Virus record (IMG/VR): IMGVR_UViG_3300025368_000004
Span: 1 to 42,027 of that record
Source: a virus
Taxonomy: Duplodnaviria > Caudoviricetes
Strand: one strand, 5' to 3'
DNA: 42,027 bases
Shown: piece by piece, positions 27,901 to 37,876 of the stretch
Numbering within the stretch: the first letter of the stretch is position 1
How the letters are laid out: each line of letters begins with the position of its first letter
The notes under the pieces: model-generated
What the model saw: the letters and a program-made list of their open reading frames with translations, nothing else
What the model was told of the DNA's origin: nothing
The model's database searches: none
Made by a program: the position numbers and the translations under genes

Positions 27901-28997
27901 GTTCCACTTGCAGTTAATCCATTAAAACCTTCAAATAAACAATTAGTTGATAAATTAAAGTTGGCATCAAAAACCGCAACACCATTTGCTACATTGGTTG
28001 CATAACTTGTACCCCAAGCACTACCAGTAGAGTTTGCTATACCTGCGCTAGGATATACAGTAGGTCCTTGAGATCCAGTAGGTCCCGTTGGTCCAGTATT
28101 TCCTTGAATACCCTGAACACCCTGTACACCTTGTGATCCAGTAGGACCAATGTTTCCTTGTGCCCCAGTAGGTCCAGTAGGTCCAACATTACCCTGAGAT
28201 CCAGTAGGACCAGTCGGACCCACAATACCTTGTATTCCAGTTGGACCAGTAGGACCTGTTGCGCCAGTAACTCCTGTTGGACCTGTTGGACCATTAATAC
28301 CATTTGTGCCTGTAGGTCCAGTTGGACCCGTACTTCCTGCCGTTCCTGTGGGTCCAGTAGGTCCTGAAATACCTTGTGCACCTGTGGGTCCAGTAGGTCC
28401 AACCACAGTAGATGGTGCTCCAGTAGGTCCCGTAGCTCCAGTAGGTCCTGTAGGACCAGTTACACCTTGTATACCTTGAGTTCCAGTAGGACCTGTCGGA
28501 CCTTGTAAACCTTGTACACCCTGAATACCCTGTGGACCAGTTGGACCAATAGCTCCTTGAGTTCCTGTAGGTCCTGTTGCGCCTACTGCACCCGTTGGAC
28601 CTGTAACACCTTGAACACCTTGCGTACCTTGTGGTCCTGTTGGACCTGTGGGTCCTGTACTTCCTGTTGGACCTTGTTGGGTAATAGGTGCAGGTGTTGA
28701 CCAAACAATAGTTGTTGGTGTTTTAGAGTTTACAAATGCAATAGACCACCAAATAGTTGTAGTTGGTGAACTAGGAGGTGCATTTAACCACCCTGTAGGA
28801 GGTGTTCCTGTATTTGTAGAGTAATTCCATGATCCACCAGTAGGTGTAGCAGGAGCAGTAGATCCTTGATAAAAGATAAACCATTCAAAGAACGTGCCAC
28901 CATAGTAATTATCTGTACTCCCGTACAACCCATTACTTTCATTAGGCTGAACAACTTGTGCAGTTGCAGTTGAGCCGTATAGTCCTTGTGTTGCCAT
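24978..28997 (-). CDS. Large mosaic fibre/spike protein
   Basis: N-terminal attachment domain, GPT collagen, a carbohydrate-binding-like module (GNGWYRCS...IWGAQVE) and 14-aa GGGxxNxASG beta-roll repeats. Confidence 0.85.
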   Translation of the reverse strand: MATQGLYGSTATAQVVQPNESNGLYGSTDNYYGGTFFEWFIFYQGSTAPATPTGGSWNYSTNTGTPPTGWLNAPPSSPTTTIWWSIAFVNSKTPTTIVWSTPAPITQQGPTGSTGPTGPTGPQGTQGVQGVTGPTGAVGATGPTGTQGAIGPTGPQGIQGVQGLQGPTGPTGTQGIQGVTGPTGPTGATGPTGAPSTVVGPTGPTGAQGISGPTGPTGTAGSTGPTGPTGTNGINGPTGPTGVTGATGPTGPTGIQGIVGPTGPTGSQGNVGPTGPTGAQGNIGPTGSQGVQGVQGIQGNTGPTGPTGSQGPTVYPSAGIANSTGSAWGTSYATNVANGVAVFDANFNLSTNCLFEGFNGLTASGTTQVLTSASVQNWYVTGTGGQTFQLPNATTLPNGATFTFNNNQSSGAITLNNNSGTSIISGGIPSGGYVTLVLLSNSSAAGSWDYHFAAPSNVSWSTNTLSYAGSITNATWNGNNIALNKGGTNASLTASAGAVTYSGASALALNTPGTSGQPLVSGGTGAPTFTSALTGLTIDNTVIGGTTPSTGTFTTITGQTETLKGTGENLITQSQTFSTWTTNSTTVTTNSTTAPDGTSTASLLAETTATSSHTLFSIFVTSVATSYTFSVYAKIGNGATAPNWFQLSFGGASTGSANFNLLTVSTSSVSGGVTASIVSAGNGWYRCSISTIPSSGSLSANIAFTNNTDGSRFPSYTGATTSNIYIWGAQVEIGSVANTYVPTTTVAVYGTPTLSFSGVSTIGLQNDGSLFVQPAGTGALQAQQTTSSATGGNARGANAVDWQTNRTAATQVASASQSVVGGGQNNTASGQYGTVAGGYQNTASSYSSTVAGGYNNYCSGSNYNFIGGGTNNSISGSPVYSFIGGGISNSVSGTFAVAVGGNANFAPGFYNFIGGGYTNTGTSGSTVTTQATTIALTAQTTVYLTSTNANIKVGQYVTGTGVSGNTYATSSVTTGTPAVMATSTISGTTLTVGSLTSGTIIAGQVLTGTGVTAGTYIVSGSGSTWTVSASQTVASTTITGTAYTFTISQNATTAAGITLSFYTPHGVVVGGGNNQATGSYSFIGGGGDAGTSSQRNVASGDWSFVGGGQINTASGFRSTVVGGTNNSATVDGAFVGGGIINTASGTRSFVGSGYNNSATGGYSSSIGGYGSTTRGITGYFVFSSYQPLTSAVGSTQAGALILATATTTTGAVALTSDGSAAGSTNQVVLPNGQTSTVSVYTFRVLISAHNSANTTDIAGWQILGVISRGNGVGTTALVGTPTVTLLGATTGAISAGWGTLSNVAAVADTTNGALQIQVTGVASTTIRWSARVETNELAY

Positions 28998-29986
28998 TAT
29001 CGAAACGAGTATCTGTAGTTACGGGGTTGGAATTCGGAAGATAAGTGTCTATCTCCTCCACTCCAAAGATCTTTCATTGCTTGATCCTCAATTAATCCGT
29101 AAGCAGCATCAAATCTTGCATTCCACTTATCTGCTTCAGAAACATTCTTTTTCTTGTCGTAATAAGCCCACAATACCTTGTACATATACCCTTCAGGGAA
29201 TGTTGCAAGAATTGCATTACTTTGAACAATAGGGTTTAGTGAATCTGTTGTTGGGCTAAACAAGAATGGGAAAGCCTTTACATAATATGCAAGTATTGTT
29301 GTTCCGTTACCAGGATTAGGAGTAAATAAATAGTTAGGTCCTACTTCTGAGAAATTAGCTCTAATAACCCTTGGAACACCAAAAGGTTTTACATAAAGCT
29401 GATCAATCATTGATAAACGAATAATCTCTCTATCTCCAACCCTGTCGTAAATAATCCAAGGTCCAAACCCTGCATTCAATGTGCCTGGAGAAACTTGAGA
29501 ACTAGGAGTTTGTTGGAAGAAAATAATAGGCCAGTTCATATCCGCAGGGATAGGAGCTAAACCATTTGAATTTGTAACAATCGTAGAAGGGTTAACTGGG
29601 TCATAAGGATTACTCCTTAACGCAGGTAAATAGATTGTTCTAAAAGATAACTCTGCAAACTGAATACAGAATTGAATATCCATTGAGGATTGTGTAGGGA
29701 GCTTTAAAATAGCCGTAGGATACGTTGGAAAGCTCCAAACTAGGTCAGGGTCAGATACAGTAATTGTGCTTGTAGAGACTGCGGTCACTAGGGTAAAAGG
29801 TCCCATTTGGGTTGGAGAAATAAAATCCCCAACTAACACCAATGATGTGCAATCAGAAGCAGTAGTAATGACTCCTGTTAATGAATTGTATGCAGTTGCA
29901 TTAACGCTTATTGATGTTGGAATAGCTCCTACCCATTGAGCCACTCTTGTAACGAGGTTGTTGGCAGATTGGATAAAAAGAGACAT
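28997..29986 (-). CDS. Putative head-tail adaptor
   Basis: IQFAE...R, F.P.P....I.AYY and [11 protein letters not shown] patterns; position after the capsid gene. Confidence 0.6.
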   Translation of the reverse strand: MSLFIQSANNLVTRVAQWVGAIPTSISVNATAYNSLTGVITTASDCTSLVLVGDFISPTQMGPFTLVTAVSTSTITVSDPDLVWSFPTYPTAILKLPTQSSMDIQFCIQFAELSFRTIYLPALRSNPYDPVNPSTIVTNSNGLAPIPADMNWPIIFFQQTPSSQVSPGTLNAGFGPWIIYDRVGDREIIRLSMIDQLYVKPFGVPRVIRANFSEVGPNYLFTPNPGNGTTILAYYVKAFPFLFSPTTDSLNPIVQSNAILATFPEGYMYKVLWAYYDKKKNVSEADKWNARFDAAYGLIEDQAMKDLWSGGDRHLSSEFQPRNYRYSFR

Positions 29987-29995
29987 AAAACATCC

Positions 29996-30502
29996 TCATC
30001 GAGTAGGTATTATCGGATTGTAAGGCAATGGTATTTTTCCGCTTGGATGACAAACAAAATCTGAGTAATATTCGTTAACTATTGCGTAAAAAAGAATCTT
30101 GTCATCTCTGTCTTGCTTAATTAATTCCCAAGGACGATTGTTAAACCACTTTGAGCTTATTTCATGAGCAAAACACTTAGGTAAATCCATAGCATGGAAA
30201 GTACCCGCAAAAAAAGGATTGGCAGTTCCGTGAATCTTGTAGAACTCCCGTCTTTCTTTACAGTTTTGTCTAATATTTTCTACGTTATGTTGCGTATATT
30301 GGACATATCGTTGACCATCTTCAGCACCAATTTTGTAGTCGATACGATCAGTCTTGAATGTTTGACTCCAAGTGCCAGACTTAACATCATTAAACATTTG
30401 GTTATTTCGGGCTAAAACACCCTCAATACCTGCTTCTAGATTACCTTTCATGTAGTAATCTTCGTTAATCTTGGCTTCTTCGTTGTCTAAATTCAATTCC
30501 AT
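29996..30502 (-). CDS. Hypothetical morphogenesis protein
   Basis: GGAG RBS, 168 aa. Confidence 0.7.
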   Translation of the reverse strand: MELNLDNEEAKINEDYYMKGNLEAGIEGVLARNNQMFNDVKSGTWSQTFKTDRIDYKIGAEDGQRYVQYTQHNVENIRQNCKERREFYKIHGTANPFFAGTFHAMDLPKCFAHEISSKWFNNRPWELIKQDRDDKILFYAIVNEYYSDFVCHPSGKIPLPYNPIIPTR

Positions 30503-30511
30503 ATCTTCTCC

Positions 30512-30547
30512 AAAAAAAAGGGAGAGAACCCTTTTGGGATTCCCTCC
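30512..30547 (-). terminator. Rho-independent terminator after the capsid gene
   Basis: GGAGGGAATCC-CAAAA-GGGTTCTCTCC stem followed by C and T8 on the minus strand. Confidence 0.85.
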
Positions 30548-30562
30548 AATCTCTCAACTAAA

Positions 30563-31717
30563 TTAAGCGAGGTAACGCTGAACTTGAGTAGATGCTCTTG
30601 GTGTTGTGATTGGTGTGCCAGTTGTGATAGCAGCAAGAACTGCAACACCTGCTGGGTTACGCACAATCAATGTACCTTCCATGATGTACTGATCCAAAGA
30701 AGCATCTGCATTTGAGAATACTTCATTGTTTGGACCAAGTTCACGCAAAGAACCCCATTGAACAACATCAGGATTCAAGAAAAGAATCGCATTGTTGTTT
30801 GAACCTGTCTGATCCATGATCCAGTTGTCATCAATTTGGTATGTATAGTTGAAGTCACCTTCGTATGTACCAATTGTGTCGCCCTTGTCAGCAGGATTGA
30901 ACCTGTTGATAGAACGTGATTGTGGAATGTTGTCAGAAATTGTGGTTCTGAGTGATGTAGGTACAACCATGTTAGTAATCTTAGCGTTGAAGCGTTGTTC
31001 AGCAGCAGTTACTAATTGCTTGTATAAAACAGGAGAAAAAGCCTGGTTAGTTTCGTTAGCACCAAAACTGAAATAACCCAGACCTGCGTTTGACAACAAA
31101 CCATTGAATGGTACGTTGGTGTTAGTTACAGTTGTTGTGTCTGTACCATCAGAAGCCGCCAAGTTCAATACTGAAACACCATCTGTGTCATTTCCTGAAC
31201 GTGTACCTGCAAAAGCAAACAAAGAACCAAATCTACGTCCGTTGTTTGGTGATGCGCCTTGAGTTGCTGACTGTCCAGAGTACTTGATTGAAGCACCATC
31301 TGCACGAACCATTTGGAGTTCAACGTCAAACATGACCTCAGTTAATTGCTTAACTTCTTGATATGCTTGTGGATCTCCACCTGCTTGCTCAACTGCACGA
31401 GCAGTACCAGTTGCACCGATAACTGTTGTGAAGATTTGTGTGTAGTTACCAATGTTGGCACGAGTGTTAGATGCTGCCAAAGAAGAAGTGACTGCTGCAC
31501 CTTCTAAGTTTGCATTAAGTGTAGGCTGACGGAAATAGTCATTAGGCCAAATGTGTAGCGTAGAGTTAATCTTACGCTTTTTGGACATTGCCATGTTAGT
31601 TGTTGGAGTACGATCTTTAACATAGTTAGAGACTGTTAAGTCCATATCTTTAACTACGATATCTGTTTGGTATGGTCCGTTACCATTACCTAGATTTGCT
31701 GATGTGATTTGTGCCAT
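30563..31717 (-). CDS. Major capsid protein (HK97 fold, SU10-like)
   Basis: H.W..D, NANLEGA, NYTQIF...GT..AV..AG, YEGDF and EGTL.VRNP motifs; follows the scaffold gene and precedes a terminator. Confidence 0.85.
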   Translation of the reverse strand: MAQITSANLGNGNGPYQTDIVVKDMDLTVSNYVKDRTPTTNMAMSKKRKINSTLHIWPNDYFRQPTLNANLEGAAVTSSLAASNTRANIGNYTQIFTTVIGATGTARAVEQAGGDPQAYQEVKQLTEVMFDVELQMVRADGASIKYSGQSATQGASPNNGRRFGSLFAFAGTRSGNDTDGVSVLNLAASDGTDTTTVTNTNVPFNGLLSNAGLGYFSFGANETNQAFSPVLYKQLVTAAEQRFNAKITNMVVPTSLRTTISDNIPQSRSINRFNPADKGDTIGTYEGDFNYTYQIDDNWIMDQTGSNNNAILFLNPDVVQWGSLRELGPNNEVFSNADASLDQYIMEGTLIVRNPAGVAVLAAITTGTPITTPRASTQVQRYLA

Positions 31718-31737
31718 GATTTTATAGTCCTAAAAGG

Positions 31738-32844
31738 TTACTTACGTCTTTGTTTGTTAGTCGCAAGCATTGTTGCCAAAAGTTGCCTAGTTGCATTCTT
31801 ATCGCCTTTATTAGCCGCCTGTTGAAGTCTCTCAGTCTCTGAAGAAGGTGAGGTTTTCGCTTTAGCTCCAGATTTGATACTAGCCGCTATCGAACCACCC
31901 ACATTGCGAACTACTGGCTTTTCACGGAATTTCATTCCATCCCGAATCAAACCCAATAAAAACTCATCACTAGAGATCAAATCAATATTTGGAACCCCAG
32001 GAACAAGTGTTGCATTCGCACTTTTCCAATCCTTAGATAATTTATCTCTTAATTCCTCAAAATTAGCCCTGTTTGCCAGTTCTTTATCTGAGAAACTCTG
32101 CCTAGCTTTATCCAGATTCTGTTTAACATAATCTGATCTGGCATTAAGAAACTCTTGTACCTTTGGACGATTTGTCTGGATGAACTTAGACTTATCCTGA
32201 ATAAGTTGATCATTTTGACGGATAGCTGCATCCGCTTCTGATTTCTCTAATTCAGTCTGCGCCCTTTCACGGATTTGCTTCCATTGTTGGTTATAGCCTT
32301 GAAGTGTAATTAGCTCATCTGCTGCTTCTTGCAACTGAGGAACCAATGTCATCTCAATACCAATTTGCAATCCGTCTAGTTCAGCCCTTCTTCTTGACTC
32401 ATACTCTTCAAAATCAGCTTTTTCAGCTTTAAGTTTTCTAGAGTTTTCGTCTAAAGCACTTGTTTGCCCAAGGAGAGTAGCCGCCTTCTTTGCAGTTAAT
32501 TCAACAAACCCGCCTTCTGCGTTTTTGTTCGGTATCCTTAACTTCATGTCAGGATTTTGCTCTGCAAATTCAAAAAAGTTTACTGGTTCGTTGTCTCCTG
32601 CGGAGGACTCCCCATCTTCTTGATCTACAGTTTCCTCAGTCTCACTTGTACTTTCTTCAGGTTCAACTTCCTCTTCGGGAGTAGCCTGTTGGGATTCAGC
32701 TAATGCTTCCTCTTGTCCACCTGGAGGCTCTTTACTGCCAATCACTTGAGGACTGTTCCGTCTATTAACGGCAATCATCTCAGCAATCTGTGCTTCTGGG
32801 CTTCCAGTTTGTTGCGAAACGGCCTCTTCGGTTACGTTTTCCAT
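31738..32844 (-). CDS. Capsid scaffolding protein
   Basis: Acidic N-terminus, coiled coil, basic C-terminal helix; lies between portal and capsid. Confidence 0.75.
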   Translation of the reverse strand: MENVTEEAVSQQTGSPEAQIAEMIAVNRRNSPQVIGSKEPPGGQEEALAESQQATPEEEVEPEESTSETEETVDQEDGESSAGDNEPVNFFEFAEQNPDMKLRIPNKNAEGGFVELTAKKAATLLGQTSALDENSRKLKAEKADFEEYESRRRAELDGLQIGIEMTLVPQLQEAADELITLQGYNQQWKQIRERAQTELEKSEADAAIRQNDQLIQDKSKFIQTNRPKVQEFLNARSDYVKQNLDKARQSFSDKELANRANFEELRDKLSKDWKSANATLVPGVPNIDLISSDEFLLGLIRDGMKFREKPVVRNVGGSIAASIKSGAKAKTSPSSETERLQQAANKGDKNATRQLLATMLATNKQRRK

Positions 32845-32847
32845 AGT

Positions 32848-33237
32848 TTATCCTATTTTCCTAAGTTGTTGCAATTCCTCTTTAAGACTTAAGCCTTTTG
32901 ACTTAGCCTTTTCCAGCTCTCTCTCTAACTTCACATCAGAAAGTCTTTCCATGTATTCAGTCTTTTCTATGAAAGTAATGAAATCCCTAATTCCAATAAG
33001 ATTATGAGAATACTCAATCTTTTCTTTATCTGTCTTGCAATCTTCAATTCTGTCCATGATGTAAAACCGATAAAGGTTGAACAACAATGCCAAATCGTTG
33101 TTGGCTAATAATCTTTTTGCAGACTGTGCGTTTTCCGCAACAAGTACCCGTCTGTGAGATGGTGCTTGGCTTTCTGTATCCTCTACCCTAGTCCTCCGAT
33201 TAAAGTAATCGGTGATATTTCCAATCAAAGTCTTCAT
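32848..33237 (-). CDS. Hypothetical protein downstream of portal
   Basis: AGGAG RBS, 129 aa, helical. Confidence 0.7.
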   Translation of the reverse strand: MKTLIGNITDYFNRRTRVEDTESQAPSHRRVLVAENAQSAKRLLANNDLALLFNLYRFYIMDRIEDCKTDKEKIEYSHNLIGIRDFITFIEKTEYMERLSDVKLERELEKAKSKGLSLKEELQQLRKIG

Positions 33238-33244
33238 AAATCTC

Positions 33245-35425
33245 CTAGTCTATTCTTACGTCTTTAAGATTACCTTTTTTAGCCGCCATAGCATCAAACA
33301 TATTGTCTACGTCCATCTGCTGAGTTTCTTTAACAATTTTGCCAGTCTTAGCCTGAACTTCTTGAGTAGTTGCCTGGTTAAGTTGTGCCTTAGATTGATG
33401 TAATTGATCTTCAGCAGAAGGAGGTGCTTTAGATTTAGCTTGAAGTATCTTCATTGCCTCTTCTAAAGTTGGTAAATAAGCATCAACGTGTCTTACACCC
33501 AATACTCTTAATGTATCTTCGTAAGGTCTTCTAGCTTTTTCAAACATCTCAGGCATATCAGGTGTCAACATCATCATTGCTTGTGCAAATTGTTGTTGTG
33601 CTTGAGTAATTAACTGTTGTCTAGTTAACCTATTCTCATCAGACATAAAACCTAAACCTAAGTCAATATTAATCATCTTACGATCAATAAACTCATAGTT
33701 AGCCATCTTCTGAGCATCCAAGAATGGTCCACCTTTTTCAGAACATATGTGTGCCAACTGCTGAATTGAATAATCATCAGCATATTGAATCATTGTGTGC
33801 CAGACCAAATGAATCAAATCTTGTACGGCTATCGCACAGTTTTTAATTAACTCATCTTGAATCAATTGGTTGGGACCCATAGCAGTTTGTAGCTTGAATC
33901 CTGAATTACCATCCTTCATAACCTCTGGATTCAGAGAATCATTAGGATTAGTCATTCCAATCATAGCCATGTTGTCTTCTTTAAGCGACTGCATAGCAGA
34001 CTCAACATAAGCGAGATTACCTTGTAAAGGAGCAAACTCATAAACGTGTTTAGCAGGATCAAACTTACGATCCAAAATAAACAATGCAGATACACCTCTT
34101 TGAATTTCTTCAGCATCTATAAACTCTGGGTTAACTCCCATCTTAGGAGTGGAGGCTTGCATTGCAAAAGACAATTCAGCACGTTTAATAGATGTTGCAT
34201 ACTCTTGAATAGGTACTAGACGTTCACCCAAAGAGTAACCAAAGAAGTTCCCAGTAATGGGCTTTGGACACATATTAGCCAAAGGAATGAAATCCACTTC
34301 TTTGACATACAAAATGTATGAACCTGAGTAACATACTTCAACAATCTCTTCTTCGCCATCGCCATCTACATCTTTCCTTAACCATGCAGTAGTTAACATA
34401 ACTACTCTTGCATATCTATCTGCACCTTGTGAGGCAATAACACCTTGACCAGGAACTGGGGTTGAATCTCTAGCGTGAAGTGCTAAATCATTCTCTAATG
34501 CACCTGCTTGGTAAGCTCCCGCAGGACCATATGCTGCGTGATCAGCAAACTCTTCCATATCAATGAAAGGATACTGAACTTTAGCTTCATGGATAGTCAT
34601 TGGCTCATAAAAACCCACAAAATCTTGATACATGATCTGTGGGATTGTTGGATTACAAACAAAATAATGTTGTGCAACGTGTTTAATACGAATATTTGTC
34701 TTTGTGCCTGTCAACTTATATTTAGCACGATAAACAGTATTATTCCTTATTGCTTCATTGAGTTCTGCGCCTGGATCAACCTCTTGTTCTGCCTCTTGCT
34801 CATCTCCAGGTTGCATAGCCTCCATCATGGCTTGTTGTAAATTTACATCAACCTTACGCATCTCTTGTCTAAGAGGTTTTAACCCTTTTTGAGCTGCTTC
34901 TATCTCAAATACTTTGAGTTGATCCCTAGTGCCTGTTACTTCTTTGTATTGAATGATGTTTTCTCTAACAGGCATAACCATCACAATACCATTCTTGTGC
35001 AATAAGGCATCTTGTGCCCAATCACGAATGGTCATGTAAGAATTATTTTTGTTATTTAAGAAATACTTAACCATATCTGTTGCTTGTTCAGCACCATCTT
35101 GGTCAGATTCGTCAAATCTTTCAAATTCAAAGTTTACTTTACCATCTGGCATCAAACATTTTGTAATTACCGCAGTTGCATAGTCAATTCCTGGGGTAAC
35201 AATAGGATGGATGTAATCTAAACCCCTAATTGGCTCTGTAGATTCAGATACTGGAATGTTTAAATAGTGATAATCAGTAAATCTGTTGTAAGTATTTTTA
35301 GCTTGAGTAAGCCTTAAGTAGTCAACCATTTTCATATATGCTTCATGGCATACTTTCTCAGCAATACCACGATTGCCAGAGGGTGAGGCTAAGTTTTCAA
35401 CTACTAAATTTTGTTTAAATAACAT
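33245..35425 (-). CDS. Portal protein
   Basis: 726 aa; D..GAEQAT..V.Y, DALL.KNGIV, D.DGDG.EE and FFG.SL.E...IQ; follows the terminase. Confidence 0.85.
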   Translation of the reverse strand: MLFKQNLVVENLASPSGNRGIAEKVCHEAYMKMVDYLRLTQAKNTYNRFTDYHYLNIPVSESTEPIRGLDYIHPIVTPGIDYATAVITKCLMPDGKVNFEFERFDESDQDGAEQATDMVKYFLNNKNNSYMTIRDWAQDALLHKNGIVMVMPVRENIIQYKEVTGTRDQLKVFEIEAAQKGLKPLRQEMRKVDVNLQQAMMEAMQPGDEQEAEQEVDPGAELNEAIRNNTVYRAKYKLTGTKTNIRIKHVAQHYFVCNPTIPQIMYQDFVGFYEPMTIHEAKVQYPFIDMEEFADHAAYGPAGAYQAGALENDLALHARDSTPVPGQGVIASQGADRYARVVMLTTAWLRKDVDGDGEEEIVEVCYSGSYILYVKEVDFIPLANMCPKPITGNFFGYSLGERLVPIQEYATSIKRAELSFAMQASTPKMGVNPEFIDAEEIQRGVSALFILDRKFDPAKHVYEFAPLQGNLAYVESAMQSLKEDNMAMIGMTNPNDSLNPEVMKDGNSGFKLQTAMGPNQLIQDELIKNCAIAVQDLIHLVWHTMIQYADDYSIQQLAHICSEKGGPFLDAQKMANYEFIDRKMINIDLGLGFMSDENRLTRQQLITQAQQQFAQAMMMLTPDMPEMFEKARRPYEDTLRVLGVRHVDAYLPTLEEAMKILQAKSKAPPSAEDQLHQSKAQLNQATTQEVQAKTGKIVKETQQMDVDNMFDAMAAKKGNLKDVRID

Positions 35426-35434
35426 ATTTAACCT

Positions 35435-37876
35435 TTAGATTCTTTGCATTTTGCCTTCAACGACAGGGATTCTTCTTGCCTCAAACGTATTCGCTCTGCT
35501 AACTACGGATTCTCCATGTCCTTGAATTAATGCCAATATTCCTATTCTTGCTGAATCTATATGATCATCAGGATCACTAAATCTTCCCATTTCGTCAATA
35601 GCGTAGTTTCTAGCTTCATCAAGGAATTCTTTACAACTTTCGTTTACCAAAAGTGTTTTACGCTCCATCATAAGCCTCATTATATTGATTCCGTAGGCTT
35701 TGTGGTTAGTTACCTTACCTTGATCATTAACGGGGTTTAAAATTGCGCCTGAAATGCAGTTAAGCCCGTATGAATCTTCAAATACTTCCCTAACGCTTTG
35801 CTCTGTAAGAGTATATCGTCCTGCCGTTGCTGCATCGTGAGGTAAAGCAATTGGTACTCCCTTGGATTCTCTATCAAGCAAGTAGTGAACGTATTCATCT
35901 GGAGTTTCCCCAGACGGGATTTTGATTTGCCTGTGTAGGTAAATAATTTCGTTGATAGGATCTCTAAAAAAGAACGAGATAACTGTCGGGTCATTCTTAA
36001 TCCCCAAGTCGAAACTGATTAATCTTTCTAATACCTCATTATTACGCAAATCATGGTCTGTAGCTTTATAAATAGGCCATTCAAGTAAGGGAAACACAAC
36101 CCCTTTGCCCATTAAAGGAATGCCATTCATACGACATTCCCTTTCCCAAGGCATAAAGTCTCTGGCTAGTTGTTCACGCTCCTCCAAACTAAAAAACGGC
36201 TCTCCCCATTCGTTGACAAAGGGAACATCATCCCAAGTGACTCGAACATGAGCATATCCGTCAACTTCGTCCCAGAACTTTCTGACCAAGCCTGACATAC
36301 CTTTAAGCGGAGTGAACGAGCAAATAACCTGTCCATTTCTTGAAGCTGTTCTAACGACAAGCTCAGAAAAGGTTTCGTCTGGCGGTTGTTCGTCAAGTAC
36401 CACCAAATCAAGCTCAAATCCTTGTAAATGACGTACTTGTTGTGTGTAGTTGGAGAAATATAACTTGCTTTTACCACCCGTAGAATGCCATACTTCCATA
36501 GCAAGCACGTTTTGACCATCTGAACGGATAGATTTAACGTCAATACATTCTCTAGGTATAGACCCAGAACCCAAGCGATAACTTTGTTTAATGTCATCGC
36601 AACCCAATAGCTTACTCTGTAGTGTTTTTGCAACTTGTTCCCAGGATTCACCTGCACACATAGCAATGATAGGGGACTCATATATCTTTCCTTTCCAATG
36701 CGGGGGATATCTTCCAGTTAAATGAAATGCAGTCTCATAGGTAGAAGCAATGGTGTTGTGATGCACGATACCGCAACTTATGTAGTTTTCAGTTTCAGGA
36801 ACACTAAAGTCATACACATCATGGAATCCAATTGGTTCATAGGCTATAATCTGATTTGTAGCATTAACAAAAGGATTAAACAATGAAGAAGATTGAACTT
36901 GATGAGGTTCGTTTGAAGCATCTTGTTGAAGTTGAACAATTGACGCAAGTGCAAATCGCTGAATTGCTTGGATGCGACCGTGTAACCATTCAAAGACGTT
37001 GCTATTCACTCGGTCTAAAAACTCAAAGAACGGGACCAAGATCGGGCGATAAGCATACTGGTTGGAAAGGGGGTCGTAGGTTAGTTGGCGGATATTGGTA
37101 TATTTATTATCCAGATCACCCGTTTGCAACGAAAAAGAAGACAGTAGCCGAACACCGCCTTGTCGTTGAAGAAAACTTGAAACGCTATTTGTTGCCTTCA
37201 GAAGTTGTGCATCACAGGAACGGAATACGGACAGACAACCGACTAGAAAACCTTGAAGTTTTTTCTTCAAACGCTGAACATTTGAAACACGAATTAACTG
37301 GTCGTGTTCCGAATTGGACTCCAGAAGGTTATGGATCGATGCTAGAAGGCTGGAGCAAAAGACGTAATCGCCCTTGGAATCCAAAACGAGATGACGTAAA
37401 GCAGGCTCTATCCAACTACCGTCAGATAACCACAACCTAACGCAAGGTTCTTGGGGCTTTTTAATGGGTTCTATTGCAGTTTTAATAACTACTTTAGACC
37501 CATCCCAAGAGTAAACATCAAATGGCAATCCACGCTCATACATTTCGCCATATGTAATTTTTTTACCACCAGGCAAATCCAATACTGTATCTTTAGTACA
37601 GCATTTACCAGCTCTGTTGGCAGCAATCATTCCCCTTCGACTGAATGTTCTACCTAAATCAAAGAATTTAGTTTGGTAACTAAAAGGCTTAAACCATTTC
37701 ATTTGGTTGTATTGCATATCTTCAGCAATTTTGTCTGCTGCAATACGCATTACATTGAGTTGATCTTTGTCTAACTCTTTTAGTTTCTTTTTACCACCCG
37801 CTAGGTTAATTAGATGCTTTAATGCTCTAGTTTTATATAGGGGTAGTACATAGTTACTGGCTTCACTTTTTGCCAT
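35435..37876 (-). CDS. terL: Terminase large subunit, intein-containing (530 aa after splicing)
   Basis: Walker A AANRAGK/T is split by the intein. Walker B LVVLDE, coupling motif SFTP, nuclease FDLG..NDPT and DDHIDSAR. Confidence 0.92.
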   Translation of the reverse strand: MAKSEASNYVLPLYKTRALKHLINLAGGKKKLKELDKDQLNVMRIAADKIAEDMQYNQMKWFKPFSYQTKFFDLGRTFSRRGMIAANRAGKCCTKDTVLDLPGGKKITYGEMYERGLPFDVYSWDGSKVVIKTAIEPIKKPQEPCVRLWLSDGSWIEPALRHLVLDSKGDYVFCSSLLASIHNLLESNSEHDQLIRVSNVQRLKKKLQGFLVGCLSVFRSCDAQLLKATNSVSSFLQRQGGVRLLSSFSLQTGDLDNKYTNIRQLTYDPLSNQYAYRPILVPFFEFLDRVNSNVFEWLHGRIQAIQRFALASIVQLQQDASNEPHQVQSSSLFNPFVNATNQIIAYEPIGFHDVYDFSVPETENYISCGIVHHNTIASTYETAFHLTGRYPPHWKGKIYESPIIAMCAGESWEQVAKTLQSKLLGCDDIKQSYRLGSGSIPRECIDVKSIRSDGQNVLAMEVWHSTGGKSKLYFSNYTQQVRHLQGFELDLVVLDEQPPDETFSELVVRTASRNGQVICSFTPLKGMSGLVRKFWDEVDGYAHVRVTWDDVPFVNEWGEPFFSLEEREQLARDFMPWERECRMNGIPLMGKGVVFPLLEWPIYKATDHDLRNNEVLERLISFDLGIKNDPTVISFFFRDPINEIIYLHRQIKIPSGETPDEYVHYLLDRESKGVPIALPHDAATAGRYTLTEQSVREVFEDSYGLNCISGAILNPVNDQGKVTNHKAYGINIMRLMMERKTLLVNESCKEFLDEARNYAIDEMGRFSDPDDHIDSARIGILALIQGHGESVVSRANTFEARRIPVVEGKMQRI
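36845..36876 (+). promoter_or_regulatory. Putative promoter -10 and RBS for the antisense HNH gene
   Basis: TATAAT at 36845-36850 (the -35 is weak: TGGAAT at 17-bp spacing). AAGGA ends 7 nt before ATG 36883. Confidence 0.5.
36883..37440 (+). CDS. HNH homing endonuclease with N-terminal HTH, antisense and nested within the intein
   Basis: LTQVQIAELLGCDRVTIQRR (HTH); WKGGR...GY....PDHP...VAEHRLVVE..L.RYL...EVVHHRNG.RTDNRLENL (HNH). Confidence 0.9.
   Translation: MKKIELDEVRLKHLVEVEQLTQVQIAELLGCDRVTIQRRCYSLGLKTQRTGPRSGDKHTGWKGGRRLVGGYWYIYYPDHPFATKKKTVAEHRLVVEENLKRYLLPSEVVHHRNGIRTDNRLENLEVFSSNAEHLKHELTGRVPNWTPEGYGSMLEGWSKRRNRPWNPKRDDVKQALSNYRQITTT

Larger units (their letters stand above)
36755..37603 (-). 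mobile_element. Intein (283 aa) in the TerL P-loop
   Basis: Begins CCTKDTVL after GK and ends VYDFSVPETENYISCGIVHHN before Thr(+1). Block B His in PALRH. Confidence 0.9.

Noticed and set aside
28000-28680. Tandem repeats as a CRISPR array
   Set aside because: 9-nt coding periodicity with no repeat-spacer structure and no cas genes.
35737-36681. Alternative-frame ORFs inside terL (85 and 171 aa)
   Set aside because: No recognisable motifs or start signals, and they lie in the conserved extein.
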